Part shown: one piece after another, positions 48,725-59,980 of the stretch
Position numbering within the stretch: the first letter of the stretch is position 1
How the letters are laid out: each line of letters starts with the position of its first letter
Source: an uncultured Phycisphaerales bacterium
GTDB taxonomy: Bacteria > Planctomycetota > Phycisphaerae > Tepidisphaerales > Tepidisphaeraceae
Assembly (NCBI GenBank): GCA_963758525.1
Contig: CAVWVQ010000003.1
Location: 1,056,001 to 1,120,000 of the forward strand
Reading direction: 5' to 3'
Length of the DNA: 64,000 nt
The notes under the pieces: generated by a model
Told to the model about the DNA's origin: nothing
What the model saw: the letters and a program-made list of their open reading frames with translations, nothing else
Database searches by the model: none
Position numbers and translations under genes: made by a program

Positions 48725-49543
48725 CTACTCGTCCATCGCGTCGTCCTCGAACTTCTTCAATCGCCAGACGCCGTAGGGATTATGCCAGGGCGAGTCTTTG
48801 GGAAATCGTGTGCATTCGACGTGTTGGAGGGTGAACTCCGGGCCGTGGGGGCTGCCGATTGGGTCGCCGTCGGTGATCGCGACTCCGGATTGATAGGTGT
48901 ACCCGAGAAACTCGTGCAGCTTCATGCCGTCGACTTGGGGGTCGGTGGGGTCGAGCAGCTCGGCGTCGCGGAAGCCGAGGCAGTGCATGCCGGCGGAGAA
49001 GACGTCCTCGTCTGAGGCGGTGACCGAGACGAAGGCCCAGTACATTCCGCCCATCAGCTTGTCGCCGGCCAGGTCGAGCCAATCGCGCGGGCCGTGGCAG
49101 TTGCCGGAATTGTCCACCATGACGCCCAGCGCGCCGGCCTTGATGAACGACTTGCCGATGGCGAGAAACGTCCTGGCGGCCTCGTGCGAGCCACCGGCGC
49201 CGGTAAGAAATATTTTCACCTGGTGTTTCTCGAGGGCGCGCAGCTCGTGGGATTTCATCCGGCCAGTGCCGGCGAACAGCTGGGCGATCTGGTCGTCACG
49301 TTCCGTGACTGACAGTTCGAATCGCCGGCCGCTGCGCTGGTGCAGGAGGCAGATCTCGCCGGCCGAGTCGCCGGCGGACGCGCCGGCAGGTGCGGCATCG
49401 ATCTCAGATTGGCGGATGAGGCAGCCGGTGTTGGCCTTGGCCAACGCTGATTGCAACTGTTCCAACGATTTCCATGGCCCGGGGATGCGCAGCGTGATCC
49501 GCGGAACTCGGTCCTGCTCTGATAGCTTCTCGTCCGATGCCAT
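48725..49543 (-). CDS. DUF4261-like protein
   Basis: LRIPGPW, GMHCLGFRDAE, NPYGVWRL. Confidence 0.7.
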   Translation of the reverse strand: MASDEKLSEQDRVPRITLRIPGPWKSLEQLQSALAKANTGCLIRQSEIDAAPAGASAGDSAGEICLLHQRSGRRFELSVTERDDQIAQLFAGTGRMKSHELRALEKHQVKIFLTGAGGSHEAARTFLAIGKSFIKAGALGVMVDNSGNCHGPRDWLDLAGDKLMGGMYWAFVSVTASDEDVFSAGMHCLGFRDAELLDPTDPQVDGMKLHEFLGYTYQSGVAITDGDPIGSPHGPEFTLQHVECTRFPKDSPWHNPYGVWRLKKFEDDAMDE

Positions 49544-49739
49544 GTTCGATTCTCAAGCTTACCAAATTTGCTGCCGATCCGGTTAGCGGGAAACGCACGG
49601 GCGATCGGAAGAACTGTGGCGACTGCGGGTCTTGCGATGGCAGGGCGGGATTCATCCCGCCCGCCGCAAGGAATCCAACGGATGGCCATCCGTTGGCTTT
49701 CGGAATTTTCGCTTGCCGCAGTTGCAGTCAACTTCTGAT

Positions 49740-50501
49740 CTAGGCAATCGATGTGCTTTGGGGGTTCAGGAAGCCCTCTGCAGTATGCCATACCACGGGA
49801 ATGAAGTGTCGGCCCGTTGCGCGGCGCACGGCGGTGGCCGCGGCGTGGCGCGGGGTGGGGTGGTGCAGCGTGAATTGCCAGTGATCGAGCGGGAGCGGGT
49901 TCCCATCGCGGGCGCGCTCGATTGTGAATCGTTCGGGCAAACGGGACAGGCCCGATCCGCAGCCTTTGAGGAAGGCCTCCTTCAGAACCCACTGCTCGTA
50001 AAATCGCTGCAAGCGCGGGGCGGGCGCGCTGGCGAGAGCGGAGCACTCGGCGGGGGAAAAGAAGTGCCGGGTGACCTGGTCAATATCGACGGGGCGGGAG
50101 ATCTCTTCGGCGTCGATTCCGACGTCACCGGCTCGGGTGATGGCGCAGGCGATCAGGCTGGTGGTGTGGGTGAGATTGAAACTGAGACCACGGAAGGAAG
50201 TTGGAAAGGCGATGTGCGGCTTGCCGAATTCGTTGTGATCGAAACGCCAGTCTGCGGGATCGACGCCGGTGTATCGGGAGAGCGTGGCGCGGCAGAGCGC
50301 GCGGCTGAGGAGATTGGCGTGTTGCAGTATGGGTCCGCGAAAATGGTCGCGCCGGGCTTGCTCCTGGGGAGTGAGCCAACCGAGGCATTGGCGCTGGAGG
50401 TCTTCGGGGGAGATGCGATCGGGGTCGATGTGCCATGCGTGGACGCTGGTAAGCAAGCTGTCCCATTGCGCGGTGGTGTGCCATTGCGCGGCGAGCGTCA
50501 T
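49740..50501 (-). CDS. Sfp-type 4'-phosphopantetheinyl transferase
   Basis: FGKP, FNLTHT, VGIDAE, WVLKEAFLKG; ATG overlaps upstream TGA. Confidence 0.9.
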   Translation of the reverse strand: MTLAAQWHTTAQWDSLLTSVHAWHIDPDRISPEDLQRQCLGWLTPQEQARRDHFRGPILQHANLLSRALCRATLSRYTGVDPADWRFDHNEFGKPHIAFPTSFRGLSFNLTHTTSLIACAITRAGDVGIDAEEISRPVDIDQVTRHFFSPAECSALASAPAPRLQRFYEQWVLKEAFLKGCGSGLSRLPERFTIERARDGNPLPLDHWQFTLHHPTPRHAAATAVRRATGRHFIPVVWHTAEGFLNPQSTSIA

Positions 50502-51574
50502 GTGAGCCCCGACGGCGGTGTCGTGGTGAGGTCCGAGAGGGAAACCTGCGTGACGAGCGGCACAAACCCCAGAGCGCTCGATTCCGTGTAAGCCAGAGCG
50601 GCATTGTCGGGATTCAGGGCGTAATCGATAGTGAAGACCGGTTTGCCGGCGTTCTGATAGATCTGATAATCGGCAATGCGCCCGGCAGTAACGGTCGGGT
50701 CGGTCGCGATGTCGCCGCCGGCAGGGTCGTCCCACTGGGCATTGGGTGTTCCCGAGAACCAGGTGTCTTCGACGGCCAGGGCGTCGACGACGTTAAGGTA
50801 ATTCGGGTCGGCGGCGGCGAGGCCTTCGCCGTTGAGTCCAACGACGTCGGCGTTGCGATTGACACTGCGGGCGGTGGCGCGGATACGTGCGATAAAGCTG
50901 ACCATGGCGGATGCGGGATTGATCCGATTGCGCTGGGCGGCAGCGTCAATGACCGGATCCTGGTAAGCGCCGACCCAGTCGAGGAAGACGCCGTCAAAGC
51001 CGGCTTTCATGACGCGTTTCACAATTCCGTTGGGGCCCAGAAAAAGGCTTTGCCACGCGGGCTGCCAGTAGGCGACGGGGTAGCTTCCGTTCCAGCCGAA
51101 GGGGTCGGATTCGAGAATGTAGGAGGGGCTGCCGTGGCGAGCGGCAGTGGGCGGTTTCCAACTGGGTTTCCAGTAAGCCCGGAAACTGGCGGCTTCGCCG
51201 ATATCGAGATAGGCGAGCACGACGCGGCCCGGATCGGCGGCGTGGAGTTGGGCGACCATGGCAGACATGTTGAAGTTGGCGTTGCCCTTCAGCGTGGCGG
51301 TCGGATCAACGATCAACATGTCGTAGTTGCTTTGCGCCAACGCCGTCACTTCCGGTGAGCCTGCGAGATCGGCAAGCACGTAGGAAAAAGTGCGGACGGA
51401 ACTGAGCGGCATTGCCGCGGGTTGAGTCGACGTCTTTGCGGCGACGTGGATTGCCGGGGCAGCCGCGGCCGAGAGGTCGATCCGCGCCGGGGCGGCGGTG
51501 ACAAGAGTCCTGCCCTCAAGAGACTCGACGAACGGGAATGCATTCACGCGGTCGGGCAACTTCGCTGGATCCAT
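50498..51574 (-). CDS. Endo-alpha-1,4-polygalactosaminidase-like (GH114/MJ1477) protein with LEPR-XLL-like N-terminus
   Basis: ESLEGRTL; LAYLDIGEA..R.YW, GFDGVFLD, VFTIDY. Confidence 0.85.
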   Translation of the reverse strand: MDPAKLPDRVNAFPFVESLEGRTLVTAAPARIDLSAAAAPAIHVAAKTSTQPAAMPLSSVRTFSYVLADLAGSPEVTALAQSNYDMLIVDPTATLKGNANFNMSAMVAQLHAADPGRVVLAYLDIGEAASFRAYWKPSWKPPTAARHGSPSYILESDPFGWNGSYPVAYWQPAWQSLFLGPNGIVKRVMKAGFDGVFLDWVGAYQDPVIDAAAQRNRINPASAMVSFIARIRATARSVNRNADVVGLNGEGLAAADPNYLNVVDALAVEDTWFSGTPNAQWDDPAGGDIATDPTVTAGRIADYQIYQNAGKPVFTIDYALNPDNAALAYTESSALGFVPLVTQVSLSDLTTTPPSGLT

Positions 51575-51674
51575 GCGTATCTCTCACAATGCGGCTCGCG
51601 CCGCGACGCGCCCGAGGCGTCGGATGATATGCCGGCGGAACCGCCGGCGGCAATCGTCCGAGCGCACCTTCGTT

Positions 51675-52800
51675 TCAATAATGGAAGCGCCTGATGCAAT
51701 TTCTCAATCGGCAGGCGATGACGAGCATCCCCCATTTTTTATTGAGCGTCAATCGCCTGCAAAGCCTCGTGAAATAGTTGCCGTATTGCTCGTCGCAGAT
51801 TCCATAGTCTGAAAACACCGCATCGGAAGCGTACGCGCGCAGAGCCTCCTTTTGCTCCCTGATTCCGCCGCCGTTCCGGCAGATATTGCATATTCCCATT
51901 ACGTAGAACGACTGCAAATCGGCCAAAAGTTGAGGAATTTGATCTATCAGATTCAGCTTTTCATACTGTCGATACAGCGCGTCAATCAGGTAAATCATTT
52001 TACCGGAAATCTCTTCTTTATATGCGCGAGAGGCTCTGCCTCTCCCTCTTGCAATAGTGGTAATAGGGCCGGGAGACGATGACCGCCTTATCCACGTGTG
52101 CAAGGCAATCGAGCGTGAAGAGCAAATCCTCAAAATTCGACAGCTTTTCATCGAAGGATAGTTTATGGTCCGCGACGACAGAACGTTTATAGAGCTTGTT
52201 CCAAGTGGGAGTGAGATAGTTGGCGCGGAACAGATCCCAGTACCTGTCCTTAAAGGTTTCCCTTGTAACGACCGCATCTTCGTGCGAACGAACAGTCCGG
52301 CTCTTCAGTTTTCCGTTCTTTACTGTATCGAAGAACATTCCGAAAATAACCACGTCGGCGTTATGACCGGCGTTGGCCCGAAAGCAGGCTTCAATCATAT
52401 CGGGTTCAAAAAAATCATCGCTGTCGAGAAACATCAGGTAATCGCCTGTCGCCTCCCGAATGCCCCGATTGCGCGCCGCGGATACCCCCCGGTTTTGCTG
52501 ACGGATGTATCGCATCACGGGGTACTTTTGGGCGTATTCGATACAAATCGCGCCACTCGCATCCGTGGAGCCGTCATCAATCAATAGAACTTCAAGATTC
52601 CGGTAAGTTTGCGCCATTAAGGAGTCCAGCGTGGCCGCGAGATACCTTTCGATGTTATAAACCGGGATGATAACGCTCACTATTTTCTGATGGCCCACGT
52701 CAACCCCTGACAAGATTCCGGACGCAATGAGCGGGCGGAGCGGCTCCGGCGTGGCGCGAGCATGCATGGGGCGTTCCAGGAGCAGTTCTCCGGTTTTCAC
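51675..52800 (-). CDS. GT2 glycosyltransferase, frameshift near 52030
   Basis: SVIIPVYN, IDDGSTD, FLDSDD, WNKLYK, FED. Confidence 0.88.
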
Positions 52801-52823
52801 GATACATCACCTTCGGCCTCTGG

Positions 52824-53990
52824 TTACATCCCCTTCGTCGTCGCCTGCAGAATCTGGCGCGACGCGACCGCGGGCCCGGCTTTGAGAAGTTCGCCGTAGA
52901 TCCCTTCCCAGCGGTCAAGCACACGATCAATGTTGAAGTTCGATTCCACATGATCGCGACCGCGGCGCCCCATCGCGTCGCGCTGCTCGGCGGTCATCTT
53001 CATGACGCTGCACATCGCGTCGGCAAGCGCCGGCGAATCCCTGGGAGGAACGATCAGGCCGGAAGATTCGTGGATCACCACTTCCGCGTTTCCACCGACA
53101 TCGGTGGCCACGATCGGCAATCCTGTGGCGGAGGCTTCCTGCAGCACCAGGGGCATTCCTTCCATGGACGAAGAGAGCACCTGGGCGTCGGCGGCGTTCA
53201 TCAGATCGGCGACATCGTCGCGTACGCCCATGAAGCGGACGCAGCGGGAAAGCTTGAGGTTGTCCACGAGTTGTCGCAGCTCCGACTCGAGCTCGCCCTG
53301 CCCGACGAGCAGCAGGAGCGGATCGGCGGGGTGGTTTGCCGCAACGGCCGCGAACGCGCGGAACAGGTTGGCGTGATCCTTGTCCGGCTCCATTCGCGCG
53401 ACGGCAAGCCAGACGAAGCGGCTCTCAAGCCCCAATTGTTGTCGCAGCCGAGCCCGCTGCGAACCATTGCGCTGAAATCGCGTGAGGTCAACCCCGTTGG
53501 GCATAAATCGAATCCTGCCGGCCGGGGCGAGACCCAGTCGCACGTAACGATCGACCGCAGCCTGGCTGACATTGGTAGTCAGGTCAGCAAGTCGATCAGT
53601 ATATCGATACCCAAGATCGTGCACCCAGCACCCCTCCTTGAGGCTGTGGGCGGTGCAGACGAGAACCGGCATCTTTGCGAATAACCGTGAGACGCGTGCC
53701 AGCAGGTTTGCGTGGACAATATGGCTGTGAACGACTTGCGGCGCGCGATCGCGGATAAACTTGCTGAGTTTGAGAATGGCGAGCGGATTCGGGACGCCGG
53801 GTGTCATGTTCAGGCAGAAGACTTCGATGCCGGCTTCGCGCAGTTGGGTGTCCAGAGCAACCGGGGGAAGCATCGAGACGACGGCGACGCGCCAGCCGCG
53901 GCGTTGAAAACCATTGGCCAGCCGCGAAACCTGAATCTCGGCGCCACCGTGGGTGAGCGTGTTAACGACAAAGGTAATGGACTTATTCAT
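52824..53990 (-). CDS. GT4 glycosyltransferase
   Basis: GGAEIQ, PNGVD, KDHANL, EGMPLVLQEA..TDVGG. Confidence 0.92.
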   Translation of the reverse strand: MNKSITFVVNTLTHGGAEIQVSRLANGFQRRGWRVAVVSMLPPVALDTQLREAGIEVFCLNMTPGVPNPLAILKLSKFIRDRAPQVVHSHIVHANLLARVSRLFAKMPVLVCTAHSLKEGCWVHDLGYRYTDRLADLTTNVSQAAVDRYVRLGLAPAGRIRFMPNGVDLTRFQRNGSQRARLRQQLGLESRFVWLAVARMEPDKDHANLFRAFAAVAANHPADPLLLLVGQGELESELRQLVDNLKLSRCVRFMGVRDDVADLMNAADAQVLSSSMEGMPLVLQEASATGLPIVATDVGGNAEVVIHESSGLIVPPRDSPALADAMCSVMKMTAEQRDAMGRRGRDHVESNFNIDRVLDRWEGIYGELLKAGPAVASRQILQATTKGM

Positions 53991-55484
53991 TGGAAATCCG
54001 CTTCGCTTGAAACATCCTGCGGCAACGACCATTCCTGACGGCGCGGGTGAATGGAGGCGTCGCGCTGAGCCAACTGCAGAGTGGACTTCGGCGCCGGGCG
54101 CGGATCGGGCGAAGTGCAGATCCCCGGCCAAACCGTGAGCCAGCCGAGCGCGACCCAAATCGGCAGGAGCTGCGTGTAACTGGTGGTTAAGGTGATACCC
54201 ACTGTCCAGACAATCGTGATTGCCGCAAACGCCGGATTGAAATTGCTTGCGCCAGACGCGCAACAAATAGAAACCGATGAGACAAATCGCCAATGCGCCG
54301 ACAAGACCGGTTTCATAGATATAGGTAAGGAGCACGCTCCAGACCGCGTCCAAACGCAAAGCATTCCAGATGGCGTCCGCCGAGAGGCCGGCGCCCAGGC
54401 CGAAGAGAATCGTCGGCAGATCCCCATGCGCGTACATCGAGAATCCGGCGACCAGAGTTTCAGAACGGTCATCCCACGAGCCGCCCATCTGATACTCGCC
54501 CTCGATGCGATTGGCCATGATCGTCACGGTCATCCACACGAGGAGGGGCAGGAGAATTCCCGCGGTCGGCAGGAAGATCGCGACGGTTCGCGGCGTCACT
54601 CTCAGCTTGCGCAGACCGAGCAGGCCGATGACCGAGAGCCCCGCGAGCGTGATCATCGTGTGTCCGGAACCCGAAAGAATGATGAGCACCAGGCCGCCGA
54701 TGGCAGAGGCCGCGAAAAGGATGCGGCGCCAGCGCGATGGTCGCTCGCGCAGCTGCACAACGCCGCAGAGTTCGGCGGTGATAAAGAGAACCCATGGCGC
54801 CAGGGAACTGGACATCGCCGACGGCTCGGGAAAGAGCCCGAACGGCCGCTGGATATAAGTTGCGATGGTGCGGGCATTGTCCTGCACGCTCAAGAAAGAC
54901 TGATTCACGTAAAAACCGGCGAACGGAAATTCCTGGGAGGTAAAACTATAGAGCTGCCAGAGTCCGACGAGGGCGTGTAACAGCATGGCGGCAGCGATGC
55001 CGGTCAGAAGGTGGAGCGCGTATCGCGGCGCGTACAATTGGATGACGACCAGTGTCACGCAAGCGGTCGCCCAGACCGTGATATCCTTGAGGCAGAGGTT
55101 CAGGTCGCCATTCCCTGAGAACGCCACTTTAATGGCGGAGAGCACCAGCGGCATAAGAATCAGCGGGTAGAAAAATACGGGGCGATACCGCCACGGGAGC
55201 GCAACCGCCGGAATCAGCAGCAGCAGCGAAAGCATGTTTCCGCTCTGCAGCGCGGATTGATTGCCTATCGATATCGCCGGATATGGCATGAAACAGAGGA
55301 ATCCCAGCACCAACACGACGGCGGGGGCGATGCGCGAGATCCATCGGCCCGACGGGCCGGCCGGAGTGACTCGTGAGGGCATCACCGGCAAACCAACAGA
55401 ACTTTTGCAGATGGCGGCGATCATCGGCGCTGCGGTTCCCCCCAGGCATATCGAGCGTGTCGACCGCGGGCCAACGAAATGCAA
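53987..55484 (-). CDS. Wzy/O-antigen-ligase-like membrane protein, frameshift near 54245 (start uncertain)
   Basis: Many TMs, RPFGLFPEPS, FGLGAG, YETGLVG; C-terminus in ORF 53987..54472. Confidence 0.7.
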
Positions 55485-55510
55485 TTGTACAAACGATCCA
55501 TTGGTTGCCT

Positions 55511-57019
55511 TTACAAGACCGTGCTCGTCGGGAACGACGCGACGCTTTCAACAGAATCGAGCGCCGGCTCAACCGCGATCGCGGTGAGGGTCGCGCGTTT
55601 CGCAACCAACGCGGCACGCACTCCCAGAAAATTACACGCGAACAGAACTGATCCGTAGAGCGCCGTGCCCGCGGCAACTTGCGCGGCAAGGGCGGCATGA
55701 CTGATGCGCCCGCGAAACGGGAAGAGGACCCCGGCCATCACGCCGGCGGCAACGAGCGTTTGAAGAAGCGGGCGCATCGGAAGCGGCAGCGCGAGATACC
55801 GCCTGCCCACCAGGGCTGTCAGAACAATCGCCAGCACATACGCCAGCACAGAGGCAGACGCGGCCCCGTTGATTCCGAATCGTCGGATGGCCACCAGATT
55901 CAGCGCGATGTTGACCACCGCGGCAAAAAGAACAATCCAGACCTGAATGATGGTTCGATTTACGAACTGAAACGCAGTGTCGAAATGAAACGCCTTGAAG
56001 CTGGCGAGAAACGTGCCCGCCGCGACGAGCGGAAGGATCTCCACAGCGGTATGGCGAAAGCTTTCGCCCAGGAAGCAATTGGCGATCCCCGGCGCCAGCA
56101 CGCTGAGCCCCACGGTTGCCGGCAGCCCGACGGCCAGCAGCAGCGACGCGTTATGCCGCATCTCGCGCTGCGCGGCCTCGCGTCCGTGCTCCTCCCATGC
56201 CCGCACGGCCAGCGGGAAAACCGCCAGATAGATTACGATCATCAGCATCGCAATCGTCTGACTCGTAAAGTCGACGGCAACGGAGTAAAGACCCGCGGCG
56301 TCCTTCCCCAGAATCCAGGCGATGAGAAATCGATCGGACGTGCTGATGACCACCGTGAGCGCGACCGTCAGGGAGAGGGGCAGGCCGTACTGGCAAATGG
56401 TCCAAAGTGCTTCGCGATCGATCGAAAAGCGAAGCCCGCTCCAATCGCGGCGCATTGCATAGAGCATCGGAAGCAGCATCCCGATGGCGACGCCCACCAG
56501 CGGTCCCCACCATCCCAGGCCCAGCTTGATCAACGCCGCGCCCAGCGTGATGAAGACAAAGGCCCGGATGAGTTGCATCCACATGAACTGCCAAGGCTGA
56601 ATCCGCGCCCGGGCGTGGTCGCAGAACATTTCATAAAGCGCCTGCACCGCCAGCAAGATCCAGCAACCGATGATGACCGGGCGCAAGCCTTTTGCGGCGG
56701 GGAGTGCGCAGAGCAGGGCGGCGACGACGCCCAACGCGGCAATGAAGAGGTATTGCACGGTCAGCAGCGTGGACTTGAGCGTCCGCGGATTCTCGCGATA
56801 GACCGGAAGATATCGCACCAGCGCGAGCCGCAGCCAGGAGAAGAGCAACGCGTTGAGCATTGCGACGGTGGCGGCAACCAGCGCGTAGTTGCCATATCCC
56901 GCCGGGTCGAGCAGCCGGGAGAACGTGGGGATCGCCAGGAACGCGACGATCGACGGGAGGCCGCGCGCCAGCATGTAGACTGCGGCGTGGCGAACTGCGC
57001 TGGATTGAGCCTGACCCAT
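55511..57019 (-). CDS. Wzx-type polysaccharide flippase
   Basis: RLLDPAGYGNY, SDRFLI..AGLYS, FGINGAA. Confidence 0.9.
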   Translation of the reverse strand: MGQAQSSAVRHAAVYMLARGLPSIVAFLAIPTFSRLLDPAGYGNYALVAATVAMLNALLFSWLRLALVRYLPVYRENPRTLKSTLLTVQYLFIAALGVVAALLCALPAAKGLRPVIIGCWILLAVQALYEMFCDHARARIQPWQFMWMQLIRAFVFITLGAALIKLGLGWWGPLVGVAIGMLLPMLYAMRRDWSGLRFSIDREALWTICQYGLPLSLTVALTVVISTSDRFLIAWILGKDAAGLYSVAVDFTSQTIAMLMIVIYLAVFPLAVRAWEEHGREAAQREMRHNASLLLAVGLPATVGLSVLAPGIANCFLGESFRHTAVEILPLVAAGTFLASFKAFHFDTAFQFVNRTIIQVWIVLFAAVVNIALNLVAIRRFGINGAASASVLAYVLAIVLTALVGRRYLALPLPMRPLLQTLVAAGVMAGVLFPFRGRISHAALAAQVAAGTALYGSVLFACNFLGVRAALVAKRATLTAIAVEPALDSVESVASFPTSTVL

Positions 57020-57256
57020 CTGCCTTCTCCGGACACCAAGTCACGTAGATGCGGATTCGAATCCGCAATTTTCATGCACCACGCCGAGTCTGCGGTACAC
57101 CGAAGGCTCGGATTTCCGCGTCCGATCCGAGCCTTCGGAGTATCTCAGACTCGACGTGGTATGGGAATGCGGGCTCGGATCTGCATATAAGCTCGTCCGC
57201 GACCGCTCCGTTCCATCAAATTGTTGCGCGCCGCATGCGAAATGCGAACTGCCGCC

Positions 57257-59638
57257 CTACGGCGCGGCCAGTTCCCAGCGGGCGTCCGCCGGTGAATCGG
57301 GTTCGTTGATCGCCAGGATATCCGCGGGCAATTGTGTCGCGGCAAGTGAAGCCTGGCGATTGCTCAAGATTCCATTGCCATTGCCATTCCCGTTTCCATG
57401 TCCATTGCCATTTGCAGTTCCGTTGCCGTTAACGTGATGGGGAGCGTACCCGACGGCGCTGCCAAGCCGGCGGAGGAGTTGATTGCCGGAAGAGACGCGC
57501 GGGCGAAGCCTGCCGTAGTAGTGATATCCCTCCGGTGTCTGCACTTCGTTGGCGATTGCGCCCAGGACGGTTGCTTTCACTTTCCGCAGCGCGTCCAGCG
57601 CGACTTCGCCCAGTTTCCGTGACGAGCGGCACATGCGAATGACCAGAAGGGTGACGTCCGCGGAGGCGGCGAGGATGCGGGCATCGGTGACCGCGATCAC
57701 GGGGGGCGAGTCGATCACGATGCGGTCAAAAATCGACGCCAGTTGTTGCATCAGTTGTGAGAAGCGCTTGCTTTCCAGCATCTCGGCGGGCTTGCCGGGA
57801 ATCGTGCCGGCGGGAATCACATAAAGATCGTCGATGGCGGTGGCGCGGATCACGTCGCGGACTTTCGCCTTGCCGGTCATCACGTCGGCGAGCCCGAGGC
57901 CGCCATCGACGTGAAAGATCGCGTCCTGCACGGGGCGTCGCATGTCGGCGTCTATCAGCAACGTGCGCTGGCCGCCCTGCGCGAAGGAAATCGCGAGATT
58001 GCTGGAGCAGGTGGATTTCCCTTCGCCCGATGTCGGGGAGGTGACGAGAAACGTTTTGGCGTTGGGCGGAGCGCCGAAGGAAATGGTGGTGCGAATCGCC
58101 CGGTAGGCCTCGGCAACCTCCGACATCGAATCGCCATGAACAATCGTTCCGCGATCGGAGGCGGAGAGATTTGCCGGCATCCGCGGCACGAGCCCGACCA
58201 TCGGCAATTCGAGCAGACCGACGATGTCGTCGGGCGTTCGCAGCCGCCGGTTGCGCCATTCCTGCGCCATCACCACGCTGCTGCCCAGCAGCAGGCCTGC
58301 CAGCAGTCCAATGGCAAGCGTCAGCGCCTTCTTCGGACGGATCGGCTTCTCCTGGGCATGGGCGGGATCCATCACCTCCACGTCGAGAGCGCCGGCATTG
58401 AGATTATTGACGCTGACTTCCTGGATCCGGCTGTCGAGCACGTCGCACTGCTTCTGCATCCGCTCCACGTCACTCTCGAGCCGGGCATATTCCGCGGCTT
58501 TCGGATTCATCGCCAGGGCCGCCGCCCGCTGATCGGCCAGGGAAACGCGAATCTGCTTTTCCCGGTCTTCCGCGGCCGCCAACTGCACGGACAACTGCGA
58601 AACCTGTGCTTCGGCAATGGCCTTCTCCTTCGCGGCGATCTTCGCCTTCAGCAGGTCGATCGATGATTCGATCTCCCGGGCGCGAATGTTCTTGGGGCCG
58701 ATCACCTCCAGGTTGCTTCGCAGCATCAATTGATATTGCTCAAGCGACGAGCGCAGGTCGTCGAACTCCTTGTCGCCGAAGTCTCTTCCCTTCATCTGTT
58801 GCGACTCGACGAACGCCGAGATTTCCTGCGGATCGGCCAGGGCCGACCTGGTCGCGGCAAGCTGGACGCGATAATCGAGCGTGGCTAATTCCGCGGTGGT
58901 CAGCGCTGCGGAGAGCGTCGCAAGCCGGTCGAGAATGGTGTTTCCCTTCTCGTCGCGGAATGAGATCGCGCCGTTTTCGGCCTTGAACTGCACCAGCGCC
59001 GCGATGCCCGCCTCGCGCTTGCGCTCGAGCTGGTCGCGCTCGTCGGCGAGAATTTTCACCATTTCTTCGCCGGTCACGCGGCGATGTTTTGAGAGCCGAA
59101 AGAGATAGCCATCGACAACTGCTTTTACGAAGTCGGTTGCCTCGCTGGGGTACGGCGACTCCATGGAGACGGTGATGAGGTTGTCTTTTCTGCCGACATC
59201 GACTTTGAAGCTATTGCCCTGCAGGAGCCAATCCACGGGGTCGCCGGTGACGTTGGCGAAGGTCTTGAGTTGGCGGTACCCCACCTGATCCAGCGCGTAG
59301 CGAAGGACAGGCGTCGATTGGATTGCCGAGGCTTGCGAGTAGAGATAGGCGTCGGTTTGCGCGCTGTCGGTGCTGCGGGAATTGGTTTCGCTGAAGACGC
59401 TGGGGGCGTTTTGTTCCACGTACAGACGCGATTGGGCGCTATAGATCCGCGTTGCAAAGAGCAGGTAGACGACCGCGACAAAAAGGCATCCGGCTACCGC
59501 CAATCCGATTGTCCATCGGCGCCTCAGGAGCAGTTCACTCAGTAAAGGCGCACCGGCAGGGGCAGCGGCCGGAGCGTTTTCGCGCTTCGACAGCGTGCCG
59601 CTTTCCCAAAGAAGTCTGGGGATTCTTTTCCCGATCAT
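57257..59638 (-). CDS. Wzc-like polysaccharide co-polymerase/tyrosine autokinase
   Basis: EAYRAIRT, TSPTSGEGKST, IDADMRRP, IDSPP, YHYY tail. Confidence 0.93.
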   Translation of the reverse strand: MIGKRIPRLLWESGTLSKRENAPAAAPAGAPLLSELLLRRRWTIGLAVAGCLFVAVVYLLFATRIYSAQSRLYVEQNAPSVFSETNSRSTDSAQTDAYLYSQASAIQSTPVLRYALDQVGYRQLKTFANVTGDPVDWLLQGNSFKVDVGRKDNLITVSMESPYPSEATDFVKAVVDGYLFRLSKHRRVTGEEMVKILADERDQLERKREAGIAALVQFKAENGAISFRDEKGNTILDRLATLSAALTTAELATLDYRVQLAATRSALADPQEISAFVESQQMKGRDFGDKEFDDLRSSLEQYQLMLRSNLEVIGPKNIRAREIESSIDLLKAKIAAKEKAIAEAQVSQLSVQLAAAEDREKQIRVSLADQRAAALAMNPKAAEYARLESDVERMQKQCDVLDSRIQEVSVNNLNAGALDVEVMDPAHAQEKPIRPKKALTLAIGLLAGLLLGSSVVMAQEWRNRRLRTPDDIVGLLELPMVGLVPRMPANLSASDRGTIVHGDSMSEVAEAYRAIRTTISFGAPPNAKTFLVTSPTSGEGKSTCSSNLAISFAQGGQRTLLIDADMRRPVQDAIFHVDGGLGLADVMTGKAKVRDVIRATAIDDLYVIPAGTIPGKPAEMLESKRFSQLMQQLASIFDRIVIDSPPVIAVTDARILAASADVTLLVIRMCRSSRKLGEVALDALRKVKATVLGAIANEVQTPEGYHYYGRLRPRVSSGNQLLRRLGSAVGYAPHHVNGNGTANGNGHGNGNGNGNGILSNRQASLAATQLPADILAINEPDSPADARWELAAP

Positions 59639-59980
59639 GAACGCAACCTGCTGAAAAGGTGAAACACCCAACGTATAACGGGGTGCCCAAGCCATTGCAA
59701 TTAAGAACTGCAACGCTTCGGCAAATCCCGAGGGCGGGGCGTCACTCTGGTGAATACTTGAGATTCGTGCCAGCGTGAAGACAAAAGATTCCGTTTATAC
59801 GACCGCAAATTGATCGCTGAGAACCCGCACCTTATTTCGACGCTCAGGGCGGCGCATAACCGATTGGGAGGACTCGCACTTAACAGGCTGGGCATTCTGG
59901 AGAAGATGTGCCGAGCTTGACCTCTGGGCAGGCTGGCTTGAAAATTCAATCGCCGGCGCGAACTCTACCCGATACCGAAT

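Noticed and set aside
52824..55484. Apparent 886-aa polymerase-GT4 fusion
   Set aside because: Linker is off-frame; the membrane protein's C-terminus lies in ORF 53987..54472, whose stop overlaps the GT4 ATG
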